A stretch of DNA of 61,384 nucleotides, filler included, from Sphacelaria rigidula (GCA_964200075.2; 6 parts of 6 records of this genome joined end to end with filler, not necessarily neighbours in it), one strand, 5' to 3'; shown: positions 38,608 to 59,559, counted from the whole stretch's first letter. Notes: generated by a model not told the origin, from the sequence alone. Numbers and translations: made by a program.

Positions 38608-39609
38608 TCATAATTCCACAATACTAACCGGAACCGGAGCTGCTGCCTGAGGAATGTTGTGTACTGTCTGGGGACCCGTGGCGTATGCTCTCGCCGCCTT
38701 GAAGATGTTGCCCACCCCCGTTCCCAGTACCGACAATGCCGTCCTCACCCTGCTTCCACCGGCAGCCGTAGCACCGCCCGGTGCGCCGTCCATCTGCACA
38801 GAGGTACCTGCTGCTAGTGCGACAGCCACGTTGGCCGATGCGGTCGAGACAGAGGGCACGTTGGACAGTGCAGTCGTCGGAGGCAGACCCACACGGGCGG
38901 CAGCCGATGGTCGACGTTGAGTCTTGAACTCCACCCTGGCCGATGCCACCGGCGCGACAGCCGCGTTGGCCGATGCGGTCGAGACAGAGGGTGCATTAGA
39001 CAGTGCCGTCGCCGGAGGTGGACCCACGCGGGCGGCAGCCGATGATCGATGTTGCGTCTTGAACCTCACTCTAGCCGATGCCGCTGGTGCGACAGCCGCG
39101 TTGGCCGATGCGGTCGAGAGAGGGTTCACGTTTGACAGTTCCATCGTCGGCGGTGGGTACGTAGAGATGGCAGCCGGTGGTCGACGCTTAGTTGTAGACG
39201 TCACCCCAGCCGATGCCGCTGTCGCTGGAGCTACAGAGGACCGGGTTGAGGCTGCGGGTGCTGCTTGTGACGCAGATCTACCTCGTGGTGGCGACGTCTC
39301 TAGTTCGGGCGCGGGTGCGGCAGTTGGCGGCCGCGGTCGCGAGGTCGATCTCGCTGTCGCTGCCTCCGACGAGGAGGCCACAGAGAGCTGCGTCGGCGTA
39401 GAAACACGTCTGGTCGAGGTAGCCGACGACCCAACGCCAACCCTTTGGGCCGGTGCTTCCACCGGTGCTCCCGTGTCTTGAATTCGCCCCATCCAATCGA
39501 CGCGGAACCGAGATGCTGGCGGGCTGCGGGTCTGCATTTTGCGACCGGCGTAAGTCGTTGTCCGCTTCCACTTCTGCGTATAACAGTTATTCCAGGAAAC
39601 AATACACAT
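38608..39609 (-). CDS. Ala/Ser/Pro/Thr-rich 333-aa ORF containing 45-aa tandem repeats; product unknown
   Basis: Longest ORF in the window. The repeat LSNxxxxSTASANAAVAPxASARVxFKTQxRxSAAARVGxPPxTA keeps frame. It may be part of the decayed gene at 36850-38140. Confidence 0.4.
   Translation of the reverse strand: MCIVSWNNCYTQKWKRTTTYAGRKMQTRSPPASRFRVDWMGRIQDTGAPVEAPAQRVGVGSSATSTRRVSTPTQLSVASSSEAATARSTSRPRPPTAAPAPELETSPPRGRSASQAAPAASTRSSVAPATAASAGVTSTTKRRPPAAISTYPPPTMELSNVNPLSTASANAAVAPAASARVRFKTQHRSSAAARVGPPPATALSNAPSVSTASANAAVAPVASARVEFKTQRRPSAAARVGLPPTTALSNVPSVSTASANVAVALAAGTSVQMDGAPGGATAAGGSRVRTALSVLGTGVGNIFKAARAYATGPQTVHNIPQAAAPVPVSIVEL
38818..39190. repeat. 135-bp tandem repeat, about 2.7 copies
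   Basis: TTGGCCGATGCGGTCGAGA recurs at 38831, 38966 and 39101. Confidence 0.9.
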
Positions 39610-40891
39610 ACATATCGGAGATCAACAATCCGACAGAAATAGCTCCAGCATCAAGCGCGTTGCACACATGTACTGCGTCGAACAAGACCTCCGTTGTCAT
39701 CCCATAGTTGTCAACTCCCATAAATGTAAACAGGAGGAAGCGAACGTTTTTTTTGTGGCATAATTCTCTTTATCCTAGCGAAGGTCTGAAACTCAAGGGG
39801 TCTCGACACTCATCGTCTATATCGTCGATGCATAGTATGTCCGCCTCTTGACTTTCGTTACAGTGGCGACTACTCTATGCCTGTGTTGCAGACACGACAA
39901 GTACCCACAAAAGTCGTGCGCTGGAGGAAGGCGATTTCTCTCTACCCGTTGGGATTCTGGCGGGAGTACGGCAGTGCTGGCTGCTAAGCCGCAGGCATCA
40001 TCGAGACGAGTCCGGTCCGTTGACTTTACGTGTGCTTCCTAAAAGATTGGATACTCACGGCTGGCGACTGGGCAACAAGTAAATTGCACGGGCAAGGAAG
40101 ACAGTATCGCATTCTTCAGCACGTCAAATGCACTGGAACTAAACCAACACTCGCAGAGCATGGCTACCGCTCTCTGAAGACTCGACCACTCCGTGCTGGG
40201 TCAGCCAAAAACGGACTTGAGCTGTCGCAGCCTTACATCATCGACGCAAACGAATTGGACCGTGATCCACGCATCTAATTAATCGTATCATCGAGGGGCA
40301 GATTGTGGTTCACTCGACAGACCGGTTGAATGACTTTTCACTGAACGCCATGACCAGTAAGTCCCGTGACTTACAGATACATCTTGGGTACGAAGCTGTG
40401 TACGAACGTCCGCAAAATAGAAGGGGCGGATGACGCTGATTTTTTGTGAGTCATGCTGCGATGAGGGCTGCGATGGGGTGGGGGGTGGGTGGGAATTTCG
40501 GGCTGTTGTCTGCCACGAAATTCCACTTCAATCGCCGTTGAAAGCAGCCAACAGTTGTTCGAACGCGCTTACTCCCGATACGTAGCGCTTTTTCATACTG
40601 CTTTGCACCGCTTTCATCGAAATACAATGGCACCCCGAGTGTTTTTTGCCGTTCGACGCATCTATGAGCAGATTTTTTTGTGGAATCGAACACCCCCCCC
40701 CCCTACATCGTAGCATGGCTCTTGTGTGAAGATCCCTTGGGGCGCGGGAAAATGACTGATACCCCCTCCCCCCCCCCCCCACACCCCAATTTTACATAAT
40801 TCGCCATCTATCGAGAGCTATGACGCGCATAATTACTATTATTATTATTATATCCGTCACATTAGCTGGATCTCTCGAGTCCGTGGTCACA

Positions 40892-40991
40892 NNNNNNNNN
40901 NNNNNNNNNNNNNNNNNNNNNNNNNNNNNNNNNNNTTAATTAATTAANNNNNNNNNNNNNNNNNNNNNNNNNNNNNNNNNNNNNNNNNNNN
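40892..40991. other. Artificial contig linker
   Basis: N44-TTAATTAATTAA-N44. Confidence 0.98.
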
Positions 40992-42128
40992 ACACTTGTG
41001 CTAATTGTTTGAATATTCTCTGCTGCTTCGTTTTTGCGGTATGTGAGTAAAAGGGTTAAGGGGGGTTGGTGTTGTGGGTGACGCCCGCAACTACTGCCAC
41101 TTTTCGTGTTCTTGACTACTGATGTTGAGAAGGACGGTGAATGTGGGGTGGAGCGTAGTGGGCGTGTGCTTCCCGAGTGCAACAGCTAAACAATACAAGG
41201 AAACAACACTATATCAGAGCAGTCGCTGGAGCAACTACATTTCCGCGGCACCGACCACTCGCAGGCTTGTAAATATGTACTCAAGTTAGAGTCCATTCCA
41301 TATGAGCGAGATTGCCATTCGGAGATGACGTCTGTATCTGTAATTGATACGATTGGCTCGATTACGGGTCATTTTTCTGCAGTGGATAGTGGTCGGTTCA
41401 TTTTACAGATATATAGTGCCCAAAATCGGGCCCCATTCACCTCCATAACAGTATATAGCGATTACCTTCGACCGCGCACCAGTCCAGGTGCGTCAAAATT
41501 GAGGAGAACGTACCATAGACGACTCTCATTCACAAGTTGGTCATCAGATTGCTGTGGAGGGAATAAAATTGCAGGCATTCGAAACTGCAGTAAGGTCTTC
41601 AAATTACAGCATTGAAGATGAGGACATGGATGTGTAAGATGTGTAGTAGCAAGTGAGCATCAAGAACGGTACAGGGAACGATACTGAAGTTTGGTGATCT
41701 CCACTCGTCCGAAGTGTCAGGGACACCTGTATTTCGGGCGCTGGATATGGGCGCGCTAAACAAAGCGAGCACAATGCAACTCATGTGTGTCTGGTGACTT
41801 CATGATTGCCCATGGCTGGACGGCTTTCACGAATCGCCGCCACATGCACCGTACGGTATGACAAATGGCTACTACATGCCCAAGAGGTGGTCGAAGCGCT
41901 GTCGTAGTCTTGGGTCGTTTGCAGGAGCTGTGTAGGACGTCTGCCATGACCAACGACATGCCCACGCCGACTACAAGAGCTGTTCTGTTGATCATCTTCA
42001 AAACAACCACTCCACGATGGGTCTTATGCCGAACTGAGGACATGCAGGGTTTACACACGAAACAGCACAACGGGTTATCCCAATACTTAAACGATCCGCA
42101 TAGAGTATAAAACGGTATAAAACGTCAC

Positions 42129-49973
<7,845 letters not shown>

Positions 49974-50509
49974 CTGGCAAGAGCGCAAACAGTGGCAATA
50001 TGCAAGGCGTTCGAAGTCCAGCGTCATAGCCCGAACCATCGCTACTTAGCACCAACCCAGATCCTGCCCCACGGTGAGGTAACTAAGATATCCACGATTT
50101 GTAATAATATCCACACACCGCCACAAGTACTGCCTTGACCCAAACCACAGTGCTCAGAACAGTAGCACAGCTTAGCCCATTTTTTTCACCAGCTTTCAAC
50201 CTGGCAGTTGAAGAAGCAATTCTTGACGTACTCATATTCAGAGTTACGTTATAATCATTTACCTGCTGAGAGTCCAACGAGTTTCTGGAGGTTGCTATGC
50301 TGTAGGCGCAGACAGCTGCCAGTTGGGCATAGGGGATCGGTCGAGTATATTTCGAAAGAAGACGCTCTAGCAAATAGGCTGTGCAGCACCCTCTCATCAT
50401 GGTCACGGTAGGCGGGTGGGTTCCCTTGATGATATTTAGTGTAGTGTGGTTGAATCTTCGTACATACATAACTACATGTACGAGCTAGGCCGGCAGCAAA
50501 TCCCACAGT

Positions 50510-50990
50510 CTCTCTCCGCACTACAACTTCTCAAGTTTCCCAAATCAGCACGACTTGAGCATATCGCTGTGAACTGCAGACTAACCTGGTAGCACACGGC
50601 ACCGCCGCTGCTTGATTGGCGCAGTTTTGGAGATGATGTTTTTGCACTGCATTGAGTACCGGGTACGTCTCTTGCCATTGCGTGACAACGTGTCTTGAGA
50701 CGTTTTGTTTCACAAAATGCGGTGGAATTACGATAAACCGTTGCGCCCCATAGGCACCGAGGTTGCACATCAGATGTCGATAATCGATACGATTTCGAAA
50801 AATATCGGCGACATGCAGTATCGGTATCGGACCATAGAAAACCGATGTGTGCGATACGCACGAGCTGAGCCGGCTTAAAAGCTGCGAAGACTTGCTCACA
50901 GCACAGCTTCCCCAGTTTCCCGAAAGAACCCGATGTAAGGATAATACTGTGAAGTGTAGATCAACCTGGTGACACACGGCACCGCCGCTG
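50510..50990. repeat. Two diverged ~100-bp direct repeats (50510-50610, 50893-50990)
   Basis: Shared AGTTTCCC.AA...CTGTGAA.TG.AGA..AACCTGGT..CACACGGCACCGCCGCTG. A B-box-like GAGTTCGAATCCC on the minus strand at ~51057-51069 suggests a SINE-like origin. Confidence 0.65.
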
Positions 50991-51138
50991 AATGAAAAAA
51001 GATGTACTGCATAATGTATGACCTTCACGACGGACGAAAAAAAAGATAATCTGTAGGGATTCGAACTCATGACCTTCATAATTAGAGTATCCCATCACTT
51101 GATTTATAGGGGTGCAGCAGCGTCACGGAAAACGTTGA

Positions 51139-51238
51139 NNNNNNNNNNNNNNNNNNNNNNNNNNNNNNNNNNNNNNNNNNNNTTAATTAATTAANNNNNN
51201 NNNNNNNNNNNNNNNNNNNNNNNNNNNNNNNNNNNNNN
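51139..51238. other. Artificial contig linker
   Basis: N44-TTAATTAATTAA-N44. Confidence 0.98.
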
Positions 51239-51289
51239 GTTTTCGAAAAACATCAACGACTGCACTCGTCTCGACGAGTGATGGCTCGT

Positions 51290-52208
51290 CCGACGTATGA
51301 AAAGCTGCTCGCAAATATGAGTCTTTTTTTGCCCAATTCAAGGGATCGGTGGGCAAAATGAGGATTTATTTCGAACAGTTTCTGGTGTACAAATTCCATT
51401 TGCGAGTGTATATGGGATTTACACAGCCTCTGCTGTTCGAAATAAATCATTTTGGCCTGATTCCAATAATTTGGAATCAGGACTTATTTCGAACAGCTGT
51501 GAAAATTCCAGATTTCCATAGCACTTGTGGCTCCGTAATCAATTCAGGGAATTTTAATATCGACACAGACCTTCGAAGGCCCCGACATTGAAAATCCTCG
51601 AGAGGATTACGAATACCCAAGATCCTCTAGGGGAGATTTCAAAACGGACGGAACCGAGGATGACGCTTGAAAATTCCTCTACGAGGTAGCCGAATGGCCG
51701 CGTGTGTAGCGCGGCCGTATAAACATACACTCGTCTGTTGGACTTGAACAGCAGAGGGTGCTCGTAAATAAGTCCTTCCTTTGCCCAATCACAGGATAAT
51801 AAATTGATGGGCAAAAGAAAAATATTTGTTTCGAACAGCTTTTGCTTCACAAATTCGACCTACCAATGTATATCAGATTTGTACAGTCTCTGCTGCTCGA
51901 AATAAATACTTTGCTTTATGCCCGACGTCAGGCATGAAGGACTTATTTCGAACAGCACAGGTTGTCCGAATTGCGTTTTCCACAGCATGCGCGTGCCCTC
52001 AAAAATGATTCAAATTATTTCGATGCGGACGCAGACCTTCGAGCGAGACCCCAACCTTGAGAACCCTATAGAGGATTACAAATGCCCAAAACCCCCTAGA
52101 GGATTACAAATGCCCAATATCCTCTAGAAGAGGGCATTTCAAAGACGGACGCTAGGTAGGGTTTCGTTTTACAAAATCCTCGAGAGGTAGCCGAATGGCC
52201 GCGTGTGT
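51290..52208. repeat. Diverged tandem dimer of a ~450-500-bp unit
   Basis: Both copies share TTTGCCCAAT..TGGGCAAAA..TTTCGAACAG..GGACTTATTTCGAACAGC..CAGACCTTCGA..AGAGGATTAC and end in GAGGTAGCCGAATGGCCGCGTGTGT (~51707 and ~52208). Confidence 0.8.
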
Positions 52209-53280
52209 GGGGTTTAATCAACAAGAAAATATGGGCCTAAACGTTTGAGCTGATGGGCACGTTCCCCTTCATTAGACGATTAATACGATATGCCGATCAC
52301 GGCCCAACTCGTCTGTGTAGATGAGCCATTGCTTTTAGAGGTTAACCGTTACACAGCGAGGGTAGGTTATCTGTTGAATCGGCATCAATTTCACTTGAAA
52401 AAATTGTGCATGATCCAGATCGACTACCCTCGCGGTGTAAGGGTTAGATCCGTTTTTAGGCTGGCCCAGCTCGTACCCTTTCACAGAATTACGCAAAACT
52501 CAAATGGTTCATTCGCAGCTAGCTACGTACCTAACCCTGCGGCATAGATCGCACGAACTCAGCACAGGGATATATACTGCAGAAGGGATAGGAAACCGAC
52601 ACCACCACACTTTTAGCATGTATGATGTGTTTCTCCTTGTTGGCAAAAAGTTGGACATCTATTTTTTTGTGGCAGGGTCCACCGACGGAGTTGCATGTCG
52701 GGGCGGGCGATCAAATTGAACACGCGCTCATGGCCAGTAGAGGCGATGAAAAACTGCACGTGGTTCAAATCTGCTTCGCATCGTCCTGTAGGCAGAGAGT
52801 CAAAAAGCTGTACTGTCTATCAAATCTGCTGTGTGTCGCGTTGCCCGCTTCTTTTCCACATCGCCCCCCACATGCTGTGCGAAACACACACCACGTCGAC
52901 AACAGTATACGGTACAGGTCGCCACTGTTGTACAGTCTGTACTGTCTGCTCTGTACTGCATATTGATTATCAGTAAAAAGAAGTACCGCTTCACGAATTT
53001 CGCTTCGCATTTTCGATTCAAAGCGTGCAAATTCGCTTGGACTCAAACATATAGGAAAGCGAGGTGAATCAATTCCGCCGCACGAACTCGTTCGAGTCGG
53101 AAAAAAAATGATAGGACATCGCCTCAGATTCGTGTAAAACCGTTCTCAAATCGTGACAAACGGATCTGAGCTTCCCCGATTTGTGCCAAATTGGGGTCCA
53201 TTCGATGCGTTTCCGGATCTGAGGTCCCCTGATCTGCGTACAGATCCGTTTTTCGACTGCCATACAGAGTGGTCTTACGA

Positions 53281-54817
53281 CTTAGTCTGCTATGTCGTTC
53301 TGTTCGACTTTTTGTTTGTTCTGTTTGTTCCTTTCTTTTTCCAGGGCGTGTTTCAGTTTCGTTTTTCTTGGGTACGTCTGTGAGTTGTAATCTGGGACTA
53401 TTTCGTTTTTTTGTTTTTTTGCTAACCTGTGACCACGGAAGGCGTCTGCATCAGATGCCTAGTACGAATATACCGCGCAGATACCGGAACGGTTTTTTAA
53501 CGTGAAGACAACAACAACGTCTATCATAAGACCACGGCTGCACCCCTGGGGGGTCAACTAAAGTGCGACAACCAACCAATCATTCAATGAGTGGTAAGTG
53601 ATGTGGTTCATGTGCACATTCTCAACGGTTCGTGCCCGTTCGCGAGGGTATGTTCTGGATACCGCTCATGGCGTCCCGGGGTGTCGTCCACAACACAGCA
53701 GATGAAGTGCGTTTATGGGGCTATACATGTAAGTAGAATAATGAGCAGCCACGAGTGAGCCCTTACATGTCAGGATAGTGTGATTTACTCTCTGTTGCGT
53801 AGTGTTTAGGACAGCCCCACAGCCCCAGTTGTGCATTGTTGGAATCCATTTTGCCAACGACTGGGCGTTTTATTCGCGTTTAACCGCCCACCAACCGGCA
53901 TGAATTGTGCCGCGAATGAACAGCGAAACTTCGTTCCAGCGTCCCAGTCCAAGTCACCCCACCTGCTTCCGCAGCTCAGAACGTATTCCAGCATCTCAGC
54001 TACTGCTACTACTTGTCGCCTCTGGACGCAGCTTGGATAAAACACACGCGGCCGCACGAGCAGGGTAGATGCGAAGAAGAACTACGGCTGTGAAGCTGGT
54101 ACAGTCCTGAAATACCGCTAACATCATTGAGATACCCCGCAGCGTACCGGTGGTTGCGTGCTTTTGTGAGGGTGTTGTGAGTCTTACCGACCGTTTGTTG
54201 ACTGCTCTCTCCCATCTAGCACTTGCGCTATACCCCAAGGAAAGAGACGGAGTCAATCCTATTGAAGGCGAACGCGACGGCGTTGTATCTGCTAGTTGTC
54301 CATTCCCGCGACGCCCGATCCGTCATATACTGTTGTACGCCGCAGTGCTGTATTTTGTGTTAACATCAAGTTGTACTTTAGTGGTCGCAATGTAGCAGTC
54401 GAACGATTGATTGTAGCATGGCCGTTTTTTCTTTAGAGTTTTTCGACCTATTCGGGGGGGAAAGTACCCCCTCGAAAACGCGACAGCAGATCTGTCGACC
54501 ATGTCAAGGAATAGAACGATTCAACCCTTGGCGAGAGTAGATCACCTGTTGAATCGGCGTGTTCACTTGAAAAAGTATGCCATGATCCAGATGGACTACG
54601 AGTACGCTCGCGGACGAAGGGTACTGCACTCTGAAAGGGTACATCCTTACGCAGTGAGAGTAGTAGATATCTGTTGAATCGGCGTCTTTTTCACTTGAAA
54701 AAATACTAAGGCTGTGGTGACATGATGGACGTACCCAAGAAAAACAACACTGAAACACTCGCTGAAGAAAAGTAAGGAACAGAAAAAACATGAAGCAGAA
54801 CAACATGGTAGACCAAG
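53281..54817. repeat. Two inverted copies of a ~95-bp dispersed repeat (53281-53378 and 54728-54817)
   Basis: GTGTTTCAGT...TTTTTCTTGGGTACGTC vs GACGTACCCAAGAAAAA...ACTGAAACAC. A further motif CTGTTGAATCGGC..TTCACTTGAAAAA occurs at ~52370, ~54546 and ~54671. Confidence 0.6.
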
Positions 54818-56542
54818 ACGTGAGAAGAAATAAGGATGAAAAATCCAACAAAAGCAAAACGCAGGAGGAAGAAATGGCCGATCTAAAACGATAAAAGGAA
54901 AAGAAGAGGGGGGACGAAAGAAAGAAAGAAAGAAAGAAAGAAAAAGCCCAAGGGATTCAGGGCAGCAGAGTAGATACAGACACGCACCAGTGGGCACCGC
55001 AGAGTCAACTACTAAGGATATAATCAATAACCGATATGTAGGTGCCAAACATCCACATGTTTATGAAAAAGGAGTTTTGTCTACTAATCGAGGACTTGAG
55101 AAGAAAAAACAGGTCGTTCACGTCAAATTCTTCCCAATTTTCTTCGTATTTCGGGGCAACACGGGGTGGGAACCCGTTTTCGTTTGGGGATGTTATTAGC
55201 GATAATTTGGATCAAAAACAGGGTTTTTGGGCCGTACCGCATTGATTGCCTAGATATTACAACGATTGGAACCGGATTCTGTACTGTTTAGATCCATCTT
55301 TTTTATGGTGACACAATCTGGGTCTTCACGAAGATGGGGACAGGTCACGTTAGTGAGTTGCTCCGGCCTTGAAAAAAAAAAAGGCACGCCATCGGCGCGC
55401 TAAGGCATACGCCGCAATACCTGCCACAGGTGAATTATTTTGGGGGTAAGGCAACTCTTAAGGCAATTGCCTGATACATTACTCCCCGTTATACCATGTA
55501 TGCCTTACTTAATTCATATCTGGCATGCCTTTTCTCTGGACAAGACAAGATGCGTCAAGAATTGCCTGTACAGTTGCTCTACATCCCTTTCCGCCTTCTA
55601 TGCATGCTTCGGTATTACACGGCACGGCGGGACGGCTCAATGCTCAATGCTCAACGCTCATGTACAAGCGTGTTGTGTGCGCGACCAGCGGAACAAAGGT
55701 TATTTGGACATGTGTGAACAGCAGAAAGTCTAAGCGCAGCAACGCAGGAGGAAGAGCAAAACCAAAAGTTGCGCCGCTGCTACCACAGATGTAGGTTGCG
55801 CCGCGCCGGCAGGATGACGAGCAGTTGCAGTGTACCGATTTGTGGTGTTCCAACGTGTTCCACCCTACACATCACCGTACGGTACAACACGGTCGAACTA
55901 CACGTTGCTTGCCGGTTGGTGCACTGCAGTGCACCCGTAAAAATTAACTGTGCTCGCCCTACACCTACAGCCACTTCTGTACTATATTGTTGTTGTTGTT
56001 GTTGTCTTCACATTAAATTGCGGTCTCCCCTACTGAAGTGCAGTACAACCGTACAGTACTACGATACGGTATGACCCTGATGATTTACTGCTCCTCGGGT
56101 ATACCACTACCGCGTACTGAACGACATCCCATTTCAGAAAATGGCGCTCAACCCAAAGGACATTTGAAGAAAAACTGTACGACAGTACAAGCGCAACCAT
56201 AAGCGAGGCTCGGCAGATCTGTCTTTCTGCAGAATTTTGATGGATCGATTTATCAACTGTCGAACATGACCTGATCCTCAAATTTGTCCCCACTATGAAA
56301 AAAAAAGGTATCAGGACGACTATTGAGATTGGTCCGACCAAACGAATGTTTCACAGAGCTAAAAAGTGAAACTGTGTACGAGGGTGGGACCGTGTACTCC
56401 TAGGACCCCCCAGGGCCGGTTGGCTAGTGCGTCCTTCCAATTTCGTGGTGCAAGTGAGTTTCCTTCCGTAATCTCCATCAGGTGCCGGTGGGAAGTTATG
56501 ATAATCGAAAAAAATTGAAGACTTGCAAGAGCACGTCGCGTA

Positions 56543-56715
56543 GAGTATACTCAATTGCGGGGTATTTTAAAAGACGTACTTGAGGTACTCAAATTCGGGT
56601 AGAGTGTTAGGAGTCGTACCCACAAAATAACGGGAAAGCGATCCCTAAAACCCTACCCCCCCCATTTTTGTGCTCTGAGTACGAGTTTCAAAATACCCCG
56701 CAGTTGAGTATACTC
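56543..56715. mobile_element. Palindromic MITE
   Basis: TIR GAGTATACTCAA(T/C)TGCGGGGTATTTT(A/G)AAA at both ends. Confidence 0.85.
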
Positions 56716-56761
56716 CACTCGACCACCCCTTGAAAAGTTGCTTTCCGCCGAACGTTCACAA

Positions 56762-56909
56762 TACTCCACACCCTGGATAATAGATTCCATTGTAGGAAAA
56801 TGTACTGCGTACAGTATGGAATCTATTGTCCGTCGCAAGAGGCACAATACTCGATACTGTACGCAGTGCACTTTTTGACTGTGTATTCTATTGTCCATGG
56901 TATGAAATA
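56762..56909. mobile_element. Palindromic MITE (diverged)
   Basis: TGGATAATAGATT...ACTGCGTACAGTAT is mirrored by ATACTGTACGCAGT...TTCTATTGTCCA. Confidence 0.65.
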
Positions 56910-57858
56910 CTCCGTTTTTAATGTCAAGACCATCCACCCACCACCATACGGCTCGACACAGATCTACGAGATAATTCACCCCGGTCAAAAGTACGAAGAA
57001 GTGTCCCCACCGATTCGTTTTGCGATGGGTAAAAAAATTACCCCAACCCGTCGCCAAGTCTTGTACGTTCGGAACATGATCCGCCTGAGTGTGGATTATC
57101 ATATGTATTCGGACCTTGACCCTTAGGCCTCGCCTCGGAACCGTTTCGCCGCCCGACAGTCCAGGGACATCCAGGTGTTTCCAGCGGGCAAGGGGGTAGT
57201 TTTTGAGGGGAGAGTTTATGCCAGTGTTACTCTTAGTTTGTTCGAGAATTCAACCACAGATATATACGTCCGAAGCTATGGGTTCCCTCCGCTGGTATCT
57301 TTATTCCCATTATGTCAACGTGAGTTCAACAAAGCGCGTCGTTTCCTAGAAAATACTCGTACAGCGACGACTCTGAATCGAATCGCATGCCGCAACGTCA
57401 TTTATTTTGTTAGCCCTTTTAGCGCTGGGGTAGGTAGTCTGTTGACTCGGCACCATTACACTTGACATTCAGAAACATCAGCGTTTCAGCCATGAAATAA
57501 AAACGCGTAGAAATAACGTGTTCTTAGTATTAAACACTGGACGACGTGGGTAGGTTATCTGGGCCATGCATGAAATTTTTTATTAAAAAACGACGTCGAT
57601 TCAAGAGATGGCCTGTATGCGGGCTGTCGAAGGGTTGAAAAGCTCACTCTCCATCAGATGCTTAGACTCTCAATCTGGCGAAAGGTTGTTCATTACCCAT
57701 CCGGTCGGCATCACCGGGTGTCCTTTTTCCTTTTCCATGTCATTTTGGTGTCTTTTTCTTCCGCAGGAGTTCCACCCACACAGGCACGCACACGTACGTA
57801 CGGCACAGTAGAAATTGAACACGAAGGCACGGTTTCCGGGGGTGTCGACTTTCAAGCG

Positions 57859-58008
57859 ATGATGGGCTTCCTGCGACCGCGGCTGGTAGGAGCGGCGGCA
57901 TTGCTGCTGTCGTCACCTACTCCTGGGGTATCTACACGGCAGCAATCGCCGACATATGCGGGGGACTACGCCGTCATGCGTAAAGGAAACAGCGATGCTA
58001 GGGTTCAG
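57859..58008 (+). CDS. First coding exon of a secreted DsbA/thioredoxin-fold protein
   Basis: MMGFLRPRLVGAAALLLSSPTPG (signal-peptide-like)...RKGNSDARVQ|GTGCGA. GxxDAxV is the DsbA-family lead-in. Phase 0, in frame with 60979-61128. Confidence 0.7.
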
Positions 58009-58035
58009 GTGCGAGATACTACGCGAGGTCATGTG

Positions 58036-58136
58036 AAGCATTGCTCGTGGTGATAAAAATGAATAGGGCGAGTACTTGACCCATTGCTCGTGGTGATACA
58101 AATGAATAGGGCGAGTACTCGAGTCATTGCTCGTGA
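58036..58136 (+). repeat. Orphan ~2.5 units of the 43-bp tandem repeat
   Basis: CATTGCTCGTGGTGATA.AAATGAATAGGGCGAGTACT.GA occurs twice, plus a partial unit. Confidence 0.85.
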
Positions 58137-58353
58137 TAAACGACTTGCGTCGAGGAGTGAGCGATCCGACCAGAAGTGTTTTTTGATGAGCTGCTCGACG
58201 ATCTTGAACGTAGAATCTTCAGGCTCATATGCATATCTGCACATGTACAAGCTTCAAGCTTCAAAGATCGTTTTCATTTTATCCAAGCATCACACACACA
58301 CGCACCCACACACACACAGAGATCAGAGTTCTACTGAAGCGAGGAGTATTACT

Positions 58354-59559
58354 TAGGCTTCTACTTACTATGCTAGTAAGGTCACTTCTTTATGCAAGTA
58401 ATCTCGACAAAAAATATGCTCGAAAAGTGGGATTTATGCTCGCATTTATGTTCGTATTTCAAAATAAATTATGCTCGATTTATGCTCGCAACGTGGAATT
58501 TATGCTCGATTATGATCGTAATACCCGGCAAGGATGCCATTTTCGACCGGATACAGACCCACCGATCACTTTATGCATGTTATATACATACGAAATACTA
58601 CCTGCCTGCATTAGGACCCTTGAATGCTGTATTTTCCTGTTGTACACGGTGCATCAATGTATATCATTGTGCACTACATGTACGACATCTTACGCTATGT
58701 GCCGCCCCCCCACTGCCCCATAGATGAGACATATGGCAGGCAACCTGCTGATTCGAATATCCATCACGATCTGGCACAATGAATGTACGTCGCGCGCATC
58801 CTGCGAAGGTCGATGCGGATGCATCTCGTCATACTCGAAGTGACAAGTCACGACATCACATGACGTGTTCACTCGTCGCCTGTCCCATGTCGAGGAAGTC
58901 GTGTCCAAGGACAACGACAAACGAAAAACTGACATTTAATTGATGAATGATTTCTAGATTGATTGTCTCGCATGCACCGATCCGCTTCTAATTCAGCCGA
59001 GGTCGCAAGATGGGTACAACCCAGTAAACGAGGTGCAAAAAAGGAAACATACAAAGGAGTAGAAATTGGTGAAAATACTGCAGTAGACGAGAAGAATAAA
59101 TTAGCCAGAGAAAGTACACTCTCCCTCAAGTGGGTGATGCTGTGCTGCTGTGCTGCTGTGCCGCGTGCTGTGCGCTCTGTACTACAGACTACAGGCTGTA
59201 CAGTTGTACGGTACATCGCACGTTTCATGTTTTGTGTCGTGTACTTTCATGACAACGTTTTTCAGACCTGCGATCGATCGCACTGGCAGTTTGAATGTCT
59301 AGTTCCAAACCATACACGTGTTTCAGACCTGCGGTCGATGATTGCAAGTTTTTTCGCCCAAAATGTCCCAGCAGGCCAGCATGTAGATCAGTATTCCGAT
59401 CCCTATGGTGAAAATTTATGCTCGATTATGCTCCTGACATGGAAATTATGCTACTTATGCTAATTGCTGAAACGCTATGCTACTTATGCTAATTGCTGAA
59501 ACGCTATGCTATTTATGCTACCAAGGTGGAATTATGCTAGCATAAGAAGTAGAAGCCTA
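58354..59559. mobile_element. Non-autonomous hAT-type DNA transposon (1206 bp)
   Basis: 23-bp TIRs TAGGCTTCTACTT(AC/CT)TATGCTAG, perfect 8-bp TSD GTATTACT (58346-58353 and 59560-59567), and many subterminal TTATGCT motifs at both ends. Confidence 0.92.

Noticed and set aside
40030..40450. Gypsy RNase H remnant (YRYIL...DADFL)
   Set aside because: Only one short motif; the upstream DAS and ELE motifs were not found.
41756..42070. Next ATPase exon (SSVRHK...GHVVAI resembles TSPRHK...GHVVAM)
   Set aside because: It lacks FYR before and TGDGVND after, the spacing is wrong, and there is no fitting splice acceptor. The true exons probably lie beyond the contig end.
50260..50370. N-terminal ATPase exon (LVGLSA|GTAAAT)
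   Set aside because: There is no EA..RL..G.NEL motif or convincing similarity.
58963..59463. hAT transposase ORF inside the hAT element
   Set aside because: Only a vague SNSAEV resemblance to the dimerisation motif; the rest is low-complexity and subterminal-repeat sequence.
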